From: Ophelia neglecta
Lineage: Eukaryota
Direction: 5' to 3'
Assembly (NCBI GenBank): GCA_965285935.1
Contig: OZ260662.1
Coordinates: 36,828,001-36,892,000 of the forward strand
Length of the DNA: 64,000 bases
Part shown: positions 26,011-37,927 of the stretch, piece after piece
Numbering within the stretch: position 1 is the stretch's first letter
How the letters are laid out: every line of letters begins with the position of its first letter
Program-made: the position numbers and the translations under genes
The notes under the pieces: generated by a model
Database searches by the model: none
The model's input: the letters and a program-made list of their open reading frames with translations, nothing else
What the model was told of the DNA's origin: nothing

Positions 26011-27429
26011 AGAATAATGATAAAACCTTAAGAGTATGGTTATATTGTCTAATCTTGGTTTACTACCTGTATTTTATCTGTCCTTGTAACTGGGTATCAA
26101 CAACCTATGGTAAAAAATGCAACAGCAAAATAGAACTAGAATCAATGAATTTAATACGTAGTAGATATATTGTAACAAAGTGAGGCTAAAAGATTTCTGG
26201 AAGAATATTTGGAGGATGGCGTCAGTATTGTTAATCACACTGCTAACGAGAATTGTCTATTCCAAGTAAGTATTTCATGCATTTTGTCTGGTAATTAATT
26301 ACATATACCCAGACGATATTGAGATAAATTAATGACATATTAATCCAGTGTAAAAGGAAGTTTAACGTTCGAACACGGACAGACATTATTCACTACTTTT
26401 CGTCATCTCCTATGCCGTATGCATTTATTGAGGCTTTTGTACAGAATGATACAAGGCTATGACATTTTTGCACGGTTTCAGTTCTTGTCTAAGAATGGCA
26501 TGAAAACAATCTTTTGAACATTTCTACTAGTGCGTACTCTCCTTGTTTACCTCATGAAACAATTTACCAGTAACAAATTGGACTCGTGTACAATAAAACG
26601 CTTATGTGCATTCTACATAATCCGAGGAGTTGCTGAACCAAAATGGAAGAACAGTTTTAATAAACCGATATCACATTATGTTAATATAATTTCATTGGTA
26701 ACATTACAAACTTATATCCGGCTACAATACTGTCCAAAGCAATCTGGGTTCAGTTCCACTTCTATTTGCATGAGAAGGATAACCTACCAACATATAATAT
26801 AATATTTTGCATGCATGAAGCAATGTCTTAGAATTAGAAGAAAGCAATATTTTGAACATTTGTGCTAGAGCAAATTATCTCCACTGACTAAAATGTTGTA
26901 ATTTACCAGGAACCAGCTGTACTTTGTTAAGAGCATACTTTTATATACCATATTATGTAAGACATCACCTATATACTCAGTTTATCACGTACAGGCGATG
27001 GGAGAGTAGCATGCAGGCATGTTTTTTAAGATTTAAAAAATATACCATAACTCTTTCCCTTACGTCTTCAAGTTTGAGGGATGATGGCATCATTATTGCT
27101 AATATTGCTAATTTTTGTCATAACATTTAATCTACATGTATTTCTGGTTGTTTGTTTATTGATTTTGAACTATTTAACTTTTTGAGAAGACGGAAACCTA
27201 TGTATAAGTCTGCCAAGTTAATGGTTCTAAGTCCTGGTAATTAATTAGTATTTCACTTTCTCACTCATTTCTCGCTCATTTTTGATATGAGGTTTGTTCA
27301 TAAAACTACAATCCCTCTGTTAAGTTGTCTGTTCCCCTTTACCTGTATATTGCTGAGATTTTTTTTTTCTTGCTCTCTCCGCATTATATTATCAGTAGCA
27401 TTTAATATTAATTTTGTATTTTTCTAAGT

Positions 27430-27622
27430 AACCTTCATGCAGGTGGCTCCTATGATAGCGTTCCTCGCAGAACTTAATGGGAGTCTCCTTGACATATTAG
27501 TAGTGTAAATTTACCATAAATAATGTATATATATAGTACTAACCTCCAATATTTGTTGTACTTACCTGCCTATATCAATGTAAAAATTTGTCTAAATAAA
27601 TACAATACCATACCATACCATA
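27430..27622 (+). mobile_element. Probable 3' tail of a non-LTR element
   Basis: GGCTCC...GGGAGTC stem-loop, then AATAAA followed by TACAA(TACCA)3; no coding sequence seen; 5' boundary unknown. Confidence 0.35.
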
Positions 27623-28965
27623 TTACAGCTGCAATGGTTTTCTATTATACGTTTTGGTTTATTATCATTGTTTTATGGAAATTAATCTGTCCGCTGGTAG
27701 ACATTTAAGGCGTCATGAATGAACTGCATATACGTCGTTCTGTAGTATGACTGACGTCATAAAAAACAATGAAATACTCATGGCAAGTGATATCAGATTT
27801 TATAATCAATTCGTTTCCATTTCATTAAATGCACATGTGCAGACATGGACATTGCAATTGAAGTGTGTTAGTTTGCAGAATACAGTTCCTGATGAGCTGG
27901 AGCGAGTTAATATGTATTATTAATTATCGATTTCACTTTGGCCGCCGTGTATCTATGTTAGACCGAACAATCAATATAGAAATCAGAAATCTGGGGGTCG
28001 TGGTGCTATGGCAATAAATACTGCTTTATCAACTGTTGGGATAAAAGCAAGGCGTGCTATTTCCTTTATTATGCTTGTATTAACATTGACGGAGCATTTG
28101 TTTTTCAACCAGAAACAAAAATTAATATATGATCAATAAAACTTGTTATCGGTGAACACAAACACATAACTTTTTACCGCAATGTTTACAAAGTATTAAG
28201 GTTATGTTACGCACAATCATATTAATAATTAATATTTTAAAATTCGAAATATTTATTTTGTGCTGAAATTATGACGAAAACACATTACATCTTGTCCACC
28301 CGCCACATATCTACCAGAATCCCCACACCACATCCACCTAACCCACGCTCGCGCCCGCGCCCGCACACCTCAAACCAACCCCGCCGTCCATAAGCCACTT
28401 GGCCTTGAAAATTGTATTGACTGCTGATTTTGTTCATAGCAACCACAACCCCCGACCCCCCACGCACACTCCACTCCACCCCCTCTCCGGTATAAAAACC
28501 AATGCCACACTTCATTAATGCTTGTACAAACGCTTTATTTTTGTACATGGGTTTTTGTCTTGCTGGTCCTTATTTTCCATCAAATACAATATTCTATGGT
28601 AGAGATATAAGGCAATGCAGTCGGCCCTAATCTACGAAACCGTTTGAAGTGTGATATCGGGTCCGCGAGCCGCATCTCCTTTGTAGTAAAAACTCACTGG
28701 CCTAACCTGTGTATAGTTGTATACAGCGCTGGAAATAAATATTAAACATTGTGCATCCTAACATTGGCATTAACTTTCAAATATATCAATTTGACATATT
28801 TATTTAGCTATTTCTTTAATGATTATATTACTAATAAAATTTGCTTTTGGTGAATTGTATGTGGAAAATAACTATTGTATATGAAAACGTTAAAATAACT
28901 TACTTTAGTTACGAGTTCTCCTCTCTTCAGCAGCACATAGCTATGCTTTGTGAAACACTAAGTGT

Positions 28966-29140
28966 AATTAATAAAAGAATTGCACAATGTACAATTAATA
29001 AAGGAATTGCACAATGTACAATGTTTGTCCAGGAAATGTTCGTGAATCTTCAGGAAAAATGGCTTACATTTCCTGTTCACGTTTCGCAAACATTTCCTGT
29101 TCGCATTTCGCGAACATTTCCCGGTTCTAGAACATTCCAC
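28966..29140. repeat. Short tandem repeats (27-bp duplication and ~24-bp degenerate units)
   Basis: AATTAATAAA(A/G)GAATTGCACAATGTAC x2, then ACATTTCCTGTTC(A/G)C(G/A)TTTCGC(A/G)A-type units. Confidence 0.7.
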
Positions 29141-29377
29141 GGTGTACAAAATGTTTCATATATATATATATCTTTATTGACCTCCACTTTCTGGAGAGTA
29201 TTAACCACATACATACATTTCCTATATACATATACATATTTACATAATTATATACAATCAATTGTACAGCGTGACACTAGGGTTTATACATAGGTTATAC
29301 AAAGGCCTAGTGATATGGTAAGCAAAATTAAATCATAAAATCAATCCAACCAAGTGTAAAAAAAAAAAAAAATTAAC

Positions 29378-32300
29378 CTAACATGAGACTGCCAGTGATT
29401 TATGTGCTTTCGGTACGTATATTCTTTTATAATACATGCTGCGTAAAATGGTTAGTACAACAGGTATGGCATCGGCCGGGTAATTTGAGCTATCTAATAT
29501 CTGAGCGCATGGGCTCGCCTGAGTCCCACATAAGACTCGTCTCAGGGAGAAAATTAGGTCCCTCTCCCCCTCAAGAGCCGGGCATCGAAGTAGAAGATGG
29601 CTGAGGTTATCTCCCTGTGCATCGCATAAGGGGCAGCGGTCCACTGCGTCGGTTATGTATTGTCCCGCATGTGAGAATAATGCCGATGTTTTGGTTAGCA
29701 ATTTCATGATAATTTGACAGCTGTGTACCTCAGGCATTGTACGTGCAGACACCCACCAATCCAACAATTTATAGCCTCTCACTACAGAATTGAAATCGTC
29801 AAGAGCAGAGCAGGTGAGACGCTGAATTTCCCACTCATTCACCATCCTATTGCAGGTTACCATCCAGGAGTGTGCTGACCAGTGAGATTTGGTCGGAACT
29901 ATTCCATTCAGAAGCCACGAGTCCAAGGTTAACTCGAGGTTGTACTTTCGGAAAGTAGCCGCCAATACTCCAATAGGGCTCTTTTTCGGAATATACTCGT
30001 AATGTCTACCCGCGGACAGGACTCTGATAGCCAGTTTTCTATAAATACTGGCAATGGGCAATGCCATGATGTTTCTGAGTAGCTGTAGTCTCTTGTGGTC
30101 AAGGTACTGCTCAATGCTGCACCATCCCAGTGAGGCCAAGACGGCGGCATTTGGTGTCTGTGGGGATAGACCTTGAATCCGTTTGGCCGCTTCTCTGTGA
30201 AAAGTCCCCAAAATTGCCGCGTGAGAGAAGTCTAGATGAAGGATTTCAATTCCATACAAATAGCTTGGAACAACAACAGTCCAATACAGATGACTCAAAG
30301 TTTTTGTGTTCAGGCTTCCATTTGTTGTCCCAACGCCTAGAAGTGCGTTCAGTTGTTTCCTGCCTTTCGCCACGCGATCTTTGACCAACTGTTTAAGGTC
30401 GGCTTGTTTTGGTGTTAGTGGTACTCCCAAATGGCTGGACTTCCCGACCACGGGCATTGGACCGTTGCCCAGCCTTATATTAGGGGGTTCTTTATCCAGA
30501 TTCTCACCAAATTTGATCAGCTCACACTTTTCTACATTAAAGTCCATTCTCCATTTACCACAGAAGGAGTCAGCAGTGTTACAGAGCATCTGGAGACGCG
30601 ATTCGCTAACCGATACAAGAGTGATATCATCCGCAAAACCTGGGCAGGAGACGTCTATCCCGTACAGAGAGCATGACATCACAGGCCCATATGTACCATC
30701 CAGTTGGGTTAACATTTCCATCAGTTCGTTGTAGAAGAGGGTGAACAATAGCATTGACAGTTTCCCTCCCTGGTGCAGGCCTTGCCTTACATCGTACCAG
30801 TCAGACAACCTGTTTTCTATTTTGACGGCGCTCTGGAAGTCCGTGTAGCATTTCCTGAGTAACCGGAATAGCTTGCCCTTTATCCCCATGGTATAAATCT
30901 TGTAAAGCAGACCGTTGGTCCATACGGAGTCAAATGCCTTTCTGCAGTCCAATAGGGCCACATACACATTCGCACCCTTATCTACTCTCTCTTCTATTGC
31001 TTGTCTCAACAGTATTGTGGAGTATAAACTTGAACAACCTTTCTGGTGGGCACCCTGCAGAGGATGAATGATGGAATTGTCAAAAGTCCACGCTTCAAAC
31101 CTAGTCAATATGACACCCTCCAGGATTTTTCTCAGAGTACTTAACAGGGTGATCTTTCTGTAGCTGTCCTTAAGGAGAGGGTCTTTTTTTCCGCCCTTGA
31201 AGAGTGGAACCTCCAGACCTCTACGGAAGTTTACAGGTATGTATTCGTGCTCCACAATAGAATTTAACAGAAATACGAGTGTTTTGACAATTGCACGACC
31301 CCCATGTTTCACATGCTCTGAAGTGATCCTGTCATGACCGGGTGCCTTTCCTAGTTTCATCTTGTTTATGGCAAACGAGAGCTCTTCCTCATCAAAGGGT
31401 TTTCCGAGGATAGCATCGTCAGCTCTTAATGACTCTCTATCAAAATGTTCAAGAGATTCTTCCACGCTTAGTTTGAAGTTGTTGTCATAACGCCCATCGT
31501 CTTTGGGAGTTGCCAATTTCTCAAGGTAGGTTTTCCAGTCTTCTCTTACGTCACGGGCATCAGTGAGCACTTTGCCGTCGTCCGACCTAATCATATTATT
31601 TCTGCTAGAGGTTTTTATTCCTCTCCTGCGATTGACTAATCGCCAATAGTAGTTAAGGTCCATTTCACCCGTTGTTATCATCTCGTTTTGTTCCTTTTCT
31701 TCGTCTTCGTGCTCAGCTTTCCGCCGTTCCAGTCGGTACGACCGTTTAGCGGCTTTGTACTGGATAAAGACTGGGTTGGAGGGGTCCCGTGGTTTTCCGG
31801 CCATCACCCATTTGTGGAAAGTCTCTTTTTGTGATGCCTTCACTGACGATAAGTGTTTATTCCAGTATGGCTTTAGCCATGGCTTGTAGCGCTTTGACGG
31901 GATAGCACAGTTTGCCGTTTCATTGAGAACACGGGTGAGTTCATTTGTAAAGGACTCGATTTCGTTTGAGTCGTTCAAGTGCCTCTGCTCGGTCACAAGT
32001 GAGTCCAGGTTCACAGATACCTTATCTGTATATAGTTGCTTTATCTCTTCCTTGTTGAGCTTTTTCCAGTTTGGTATTTCCTCAATTGGCAACTCAGTAC
32101 AGGCCTTTTCAGGGGATGGGAGCTCAATTTCTGTGATAATAGGGAGGTGATCAGATGTGATACATATATCATCATTTAATACTTTGCAATCTTTTACATT
32201 GTCATACAACTGTGCAGAAAATAAACAGTGGTCAATATAAGAGGTACAACCATGATACCCAATATAGGTATAATTCGGGCCATGACATTTACTAGTTATA

Positions 32301-32881
32301 TCAACTGGTATCATTGCGTTTTCTACTATAACATTCATGAGGTAACTACCATTCTTGTTCACCTTTACACTGCCTCGAGGTCCCATGGATTCACCAAGCT
32401 GAACATTCAAGTCGCCAAGAACAATGACTGGACCCGTTTGGTTACATCTTTTAACAGTGTCATTTAATATATCAACCACCTCTGAGAACACGGACTGTTT
32501 GCATCGATGTTGAGGTAAGTACACAGATAAAATGCTGAGAGAGAACCATTCTGAATAAACGATCTTAATGCCACATATGCGGTCAGATGGTATATTACGC
32601 AATTCATGAACACAGTGACCAATACTTTTAGAGTAGAGTAATGCTACTCCCCCACTGCCAATAATACGCCCATAGTTTTCTCCTTTCAATGAGCTACTAG
32701 CTCTACACACAGCATGGAAATTATCATTTACATTAGTAAGTCTGTTAAGTTCATGGGGATATAAGAAGTGCTCACATAACGCTAAAATTTCACATGAATC
32801 TAATAAATGATTGATATACTCTTTTGACCCGGCTAAGCCTCTACAATTCCATTGTCCCAGTTTTATAGTTTTGTAATCCAT
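29378..32881 (-). CDS. LINE ORF2: APE endonuclease, reverse transcriptase, CCHC zinc knuckle (1167 aa, intact)
   Basis: WNCRG, LCEHFL, LGDLN, SYIDH, SDHLP; SYRKITLL, LDCRKAFDSV, QGLHQGGKLS, FADD; YLYGIE; CPLC-x8-H-x4-C. Confidence 0.95.
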   Translation of the reverse strand: MDYKTIKLGQWNCRGLAGSKEYINHLLDSCEILALCEHFLYPHELNRLTNVNDNFHAVCRASSSLKGENYGRIIGSGGVALLYSKSIGHCVHELRNIPSDRICGIKIVYSEWFSLSILSVYLPQHRCKQSVFSEVVDILNDTVKRCNQTGPVIVLGDLNVQLGESMGPRGSVKVNKNGSYLMNVIVENAMIPVDITSKCHGPNYTYIGYHGCTSYIDHCLFSAQLYDNVKDCKVLNDDICITSDHLPIITEIELPSPEKACTELPIEEIPNWKKLNKEEIKQLYTDKVSVNLDSLVTEQRHLNDSNEIESFTNELTRVLNETANCAIPSKRYKPWLKPYWNKHLSSVKASQKETFHKWVMAGKPRDPSNPVFIQYKAAKRSYRLERRKAEHEDEEKEQNEMITTGEMDLNYYWRLVNRRRGIKTSSRNNMIRSDDGKVLTDARDVREDWKTYLEKLATPKDDGRYDNNFKLSVEESLEHFDRESLRADDAILGKPFDEEELSFAINKMKLGKAPGHDRITSEHVKHGGRAIVKTLVFLLNSIVEHEYIPVNFRRGLEVPLFKGGKKDPLLKDSYRKITLLSTLRKILEGVILTRFEAWTFDNSIIHPLQGAHQKGCSSLYSTILLRQAIEERVDKGANVYVALLDCRKAFDSVWTNGLLYKIYTMGIKGKLFRLLRKCYTDFQSAVKIENRLSDWYDVRQGLHQGGKLSMLLFTLFYNELMEMLTQLDGTYGPVMSCSLYGIDVSCPGFADDITLVSVSESRLQMLCNTADSFCGKWRMDFNVEKCELIKFGENLDKEPPNIRLGNGPMPVVGKSSHLGVPLTPKQADLKQLVKDRVAKGRKQLNALLGVGTTNGSLNTKTLSHLYWTVVVPSYLYGIEILHLDFSHAAILGTFHREAAKRIQGLSPQTPNAAVLASLGWCSIEQYLDHKRLQLLRNIMALPIASIYRKLAIRVLSAGRHYEYIPKKSPIGVLAATFRKYNLELTLDSWLLNGIVPTKSHWSAHSWMVTCNRMVNEWEIQRLTCSALDDFNSVVRGYKLLDWWVSARTMPEVHSCQIIMKLLTKTSALFSHAGQYITDAVDRCPLCDAQGDNLSHLLLRCPALEGERDLIFSLRRVLCGTQASPCAQILDSSNYPADAIPVVLTILRSMYYKRIYVPKAHKSLAVSC

Positions 32882-32883
32882 AT

Positions 32884-34376
32884 CTAATATCTGTTAGTGT
32901 ATCGTACACCTTTGTATATTGGGGGAGTATAGCCGTAGCTGTCTCGTCGGTCGTCCCTTTGATCATAACTCTCCCGTCGCTGACGCGTTTCCCACTTCCT
33001 ACACGTAATATCGTCCGGCCAACTTTCGTCTCGAAGAGCGGTGTAGATTTGGGCGTCAGGTATATTGATTTTGCACCCAACGGAGAAATCGTTTATTCGG
33101 TTCCTGATCACGAATCCAGACATGATAGTCAACCGATGTGTAGACGCATGGCTGACAATGTCATTTAATATGTCTTCATCCGTGTCTTCACGCTCGACGG
33201 CTATATGTTGCACGTATAAGGTCGTCAGTTTCACCTGCGCATTCCCTCGGAGTCTCCTCGACGACCGTTCAGTATTCTTGGGTCTGCTATTCGCATTCCT
33301 GATACCCCTCCTCCGATCAGCATATTGTTGCTGTATTGGAGAATCCTGGTTACCGCGCTCAGCTTCCTGCGGTTTCTTTTGACTCTGCGATTTCAGGGCT
33401 TGGGAAATTTTTCTTTGTGTTCTTCTAGACATCGACACTTCCCATGAATTTTCGTCTACTTGTGGTATTTGGGCACACGGTAGACCGGGCCATTCCATTT
33501 GTTGATCGATCGCATCCTCTTCTGTCCTGCTTTGAGTTTGGTTGCGTCCTCCTACCTTGCTGGGGTTTCCCTCTGTTGGCCCCGCAAGAACATCTCCGTA
33601 CTTCTCCTGTTGGTCTGTTCCTGCCTCTGGAGATTCCTGACTGACATGGGGAATGGCTGTATCGGAGACTTGCGTTTTGCCAACATGTTCTGTCAAATTA
33701 ACGTCTGTCGTGTTCGAGAGTGGTATGCCATACTTCTCCAGTTCTCCCCTAGCTTCAGATTATCTTCTTCTAAGATTTTGACACGTTTATCTAACTTGTC
33801 AAGCTGGGCGTCATAACTTTAACGAATACTGTCTATCACTACATTCTGTTTGGTTTCTTTTTCCTTGGACAACGCGATAAACTCATTCAGCCTTATGGAC
33901 AAATCCAGCAATGATTTGTCCCGGATTGCCTCTGTTGTTTTCAACTCTGCTGCGTTTCCCGAATTCTTGAACAGGTGCTTCGGAAAGTCTTTCTTCATTC
34001 CCGTAGTGAAGAGACAGAGTTCAAATATATCTTCCGACACCGTTGATAGACTTTTCTCCATCTGCTTTTTGTCCTTGCCCATCCGCCGATCCTTCAGAGT
34101 AAGGCAAATCTTGTCCAAGTTTGCATTTTGTTCAGTGGAAGAGTGCCTGAAGGTTTCCAGAGCCAAGAGTCCCAAAAACTCCCTGGCGTGAAGAAGAGCT
34201 TCCGCTTCTATGTCATCCCGAAGCTCTTTAGTTATGTCAAACTTTCCCCTGTCTTCTATGCTACTCAGGATGTGTCTTATAGTTCCGTCGAGTTCCTCAT
34301 ATTGTAGAATCTTTTGCTGCGGGGAAGCATCACCCTGAGAGATTTGCGCCTCCATGACTGTGAGAGTGTCTTTCAT
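32884..34376 (-). pseudogene. LINE ORF1, disrupted
   Basis: Coiled-coil region then C-terminal TLYVQHI...GCKINI...SWPDDITCRKW; in-frame TAA at 33819-33821 and a frameshift near 33750 split it into the two listed ORFs; stop lies 2 nt before the ORF2 ATG. Confidence 0.75.
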
Positions 34377-36479
34377 TGGTGAGAGTAACCCTAGGCTTAT
34401 TGGTATTGTTCGCCGCCCCCTGGGATTGGAAACCGTGACATACTACTTCACGTACACAGGCGATCAGTATGCAGGCTGCCAGGAGCGTAACTCCCATGAA
34501 AGATACTACTTTCGTTCCAGTCCGACCGGTGGCATGCGCTTTCACAGTTTTAATTTTGTCGAGGTTGCACAACACTGGGATTGACAGGCTTGATCATCTC
34601 ACGATAAAGATTTCTTTGTGGGCGATATTATATGTCTCTGGGTGATTTTAACGCAAAAAGTCTGTTTTTCAAACCTCTTTCCACGAATGATCTTGGGCGT
34701 TCTTTCCGGTAGATCCAATCCTGTCACACAACACTTGAGAGTCGGCTGATACTTGTGAATATATATCGGATATCGCACTAATTTCGGAGGACCGCTATGA
34801 ACACAGGTTCAGTCAATTTCTAGGTGGAAATGTTTTCATTCATATTTATTGTATTTTCCCCTCGATAGGCGAGTAGTTATATATTCCGCCCGAAAACAAA
34901 GCGACCGATGAATATTTTTCATAACAATAACAGTCGATCACACGGGAACCACACATTCAATTCAATTAGGAGTAAACAAAAATGATGAGTCTCATAAATT
35001 AACTTGAAAGCTTATATAAACCCAAGATCTAGATAACTTTATAGAAACAATAGGTTATAGTAAGTTTGCTTATGGGGGGGGGGGCAAGATCAAGGGTCTA
35101 TAGCATGTGAAATGTTCTCAATGCTGAATGAGTGTGAGGAAAACATAGTCCCTTGTGAAAGTGAGCCTGTGACAGCATTTCCTCCAAGACAGTACATAAT
35201 TTTAATATCTTTTAGCCTGGCTGTTACTAAAATTTTCACAGCAGCCCTACTCAGCCGTTTGAACAAATGTATCTACACTATTCGGATTACCAAGTGCTCG
35301 TTGACCACTCTGGCCCTTACCAATTTTTGAAAGCATTATATTCGGCCAAGCCATATTCGGCACTGTTTCTCGCAAGATAAATATTATATAGCAAATCAGT
35401 CCTTTTTTAGTTCCACAATTGTAAAATACTGAATTACACTTGTTTAAAAAAGCTTTATTCCAGTTCACCTGTTATGAAGATTGGTAACCTTCCTGTGTAT
35501 TTGGCAAGCTGTCCTGTACTGAAGGAAACAATGGTGTTTACAACACTATAGGATAAGGAAACCAGTCCTGCCTTATTCATGGCAAGGGGACAGGTCACAA
35601 AACTGAAAAATATTATGAACATAAATACATCGCAAATAATTCTAGGGCTAGGGGCCATGTGCGTCTGCTACATATTGACGTAGTATCTTATGTAGCAGAT
35701 GCACGTGTTCAGTCACAACGAAAGCGTGACTTGTTCACTTTGCTTTGAATAGTTAATAACTTGCTGCATTTTCAAAGAGATTCAATACACCTTTCCTATT
35801 AATTGTGCCAGGACCTTTACATCTTTCTCATGTCTTGGTTTTATTGGAGTCCCTATATCCGCCGCTGCTTGGTCGGAGAACAATTCCGTGGGAGAACAAC
35901 AATTTAGTAGGAGAACAATAGAAAACCGCTTCAATAGCTCCTGTTACAAAACGCTCCCGGTGAACGACAGGGCCAGACATAAAGCGTACATAGAGCCGAT
36001 TGCAAGGACTATATTGAGACAATTTCTTCATTGGTCTCTTAATTTTGAGAGAGCTTAGTGTCTGTTGGAAAAGTAGATCCAGAACAACTAGAGATTCATT
36101 ATCTAAGCGAAGTCGAGATTAGGGAAGGTAAGACAAGTGAACTGAGTATGAAAACTTATGCAAACAAACACTGATCTACTACCCTTCGGTTGAATGAACA
36201 CCAGGAAATGACAGCATGCTAGAATTATATACCGATTGAGTCACTATCTGTGTGACACTTCAGAGGTTGCAAATAGAAGCAATTTGCGTTTATTATCATG
36301 TGAATTGCTTTACAATGTAGGCGCCATGGGACAATTGTATATTTCCATAACTATCTCAGCCACTCATCTTTATGATATACTTACTACGTACTAAGTTGGT
36401 CAACTCACTTCCAGTCATTGTTTTCATTCTGCTTTTCCATTATTAACCGTACTTTACTGAAACCTAGTTGCAAGAAACC

Positions 36480-36772
36480 TACTTTCAACATTTATATGGT
36501 CGTATCGCCCCTGTGCCTACTTGTGACGATGGGTCCAATGCCTTCTCTATAGTGCCGTCTCGGTGGAGAACCTGCCGTAGACATCAAAAAGGAGACCCCA
36601 TCGAGTCACCTTATACTGACAGCGGGTTGAACAGTCCCGATACTACCTCGAGATGCCGGACGCCTAGCAAGGAAGCTATCAGTTCTTATTTTACGTTTGT
36701 GGTTTGAAGCGATCTAGATTTGAACTCTGATCTACCACTTGCGAGGTGGACATCCTAACCACTCGGCCACGC
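36480..36772 (-). mobile_element. tRNA-derived SINE
   Basis: Minus strand: box A TGGCCGAGTGG and box B GAGTTCAAATC, then a core (CCGCTGTCAGTATAAGGTGACT...GTCTACGGC...GCACTATA) resembling Meta/MESC-type SINE cores (from recall). Confidence 0.7.
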
Positions 36773-37927
36773 TTTGGTGGTGCCTAGTCATTTATTGGAA
36801 ATGGATAGGTTTTTAATTTTCAGCTAAACAATCTTTTGTCTAGAGTGTTAATAGGATCCACCTCTGTATATGAATGTATTGACTGTTAATAGATTTTTGA
36901 TGCCCTGGTCAAGTAGAAAAGTATATAAAATAAGCCGAGTTATATCGCGACCGGTGAAAATTTATGTAGCCATTTCATGACAAATGTTAAGAGGCAGCTG
37001 GCATTCTGCATTGGTATGTTAATCGGAAGAAAAAGTATGTGTTATTCTACTTCACTTTAGCTTTTCTGTAATTATATAGCCTTGAAGCTCATTTGCAACA
37101 ATAATATAGGAGACCATTCGTTTTGCCTAATATGGATAACAAGAACTCGGGAAATCGAATGAATGAGGAGCTCATTATTGGCAAATTTGCCATTGACAAA
37201 TACCAACATGTTTATAATTTATTCAAGTTTTCATTGATGTCGAGTGGTGCTATGATATAAACATTTTTTTCTTTGTTAAAATCAATGAAATCCAGAATTT
37301 AAGTATTTTTTTATACTCTTTTGTTCATTAACACATATAAACGTTTGTTATATATAGCCCCATTAAAGAAATCTGTGAACAGTGTGTAGAGTGTTTACAC
37401 ATGGTTAAAGGTCTGTTCTACAAAATCACGACAACACATGATACAAACAAATGTTCATTTTTAAGTTCGTGGGAAGGTTATTTGAAGAGAGCTTATCTAC
37501 CCACCACACTACCATCCAAACCCCAACCCACCTAACTCAACCCTACTGCCTTCACCGCAACTCCGCCGCCAAAAGTACAAGAGGCTCGTGAAATCTTTGC
37601 CACTCGAAAATGACCCCTGCTACATTTTGATTTTAAGTGAAATAGAATCTATTCTTATAATAGTAGTACAAAAGAAATGTAGTGGTCTTTATAAGGGCTG
37701 ATTGTTTGCTCCATTTGAGAATACCTACACCCCTCATGGTATAATTAACAATGATATTTTTCATGAATGCTTATATAAACACTTTTCATGTTGTTGTTAC
37801 ATTCTTTTATTTAGGTCATTCATACTTTCCATGTTAAAGATGAGCGCTGATTTGTTTGCAAGTTACAGATCAAAGGCCACCTATGGTCGGTCTTAATTTA
37901 CATAACTGTTTATGCTGAGTCGTCGAG

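Larger units (their letters stand above)
29160..34827 (-). mobile_element. Full-length non-LTR retrotransposon (RTE group, RTEX/Proto2-like), about 5.67 kb
   Basis: 5' UTR, ORF1, ORF2, 3' AATAAAG + (AT)n tail; imperfect TSD AAATGTTTCAT (29149-29159) / AAATGTTTTCAT (34828-34839). Confidence 0.92.
28632..35602 (-). pseudogene. UNC93A: UNC93A paralogue D, pseudogene relic (exon 4 and internally deleted exon 6)
   Basis: Exon 4 at 35469-35602 is 134 nt (136 in A/B/C; 2-nt loss after the AG) with intron homology at 35207-35460. The exon 6 relic at 28632-28728 has the acceptor TTTCCAG|CGCTGTAT fused out of frame to TQVRPVSFYYKGDAARG...*. 3'-flank similarity to B (28511 TTCATTAATGCTTGTACAAAC versus 37760). 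Exons 1-3 and 5 not found. Confidence 0.8.

Noticed and set aside
29378-34575. 2A-like ribosome-skipping motif (GDxExNPGP) or RNase H domain in the LINEs
   Set aside because: Looked for in the translated ORFs and not seen.
36705-36772. tRNA gene
   Set aside because: Boxes A and B are present but there is no intact cloverleaf, and it continues into a SINE body.
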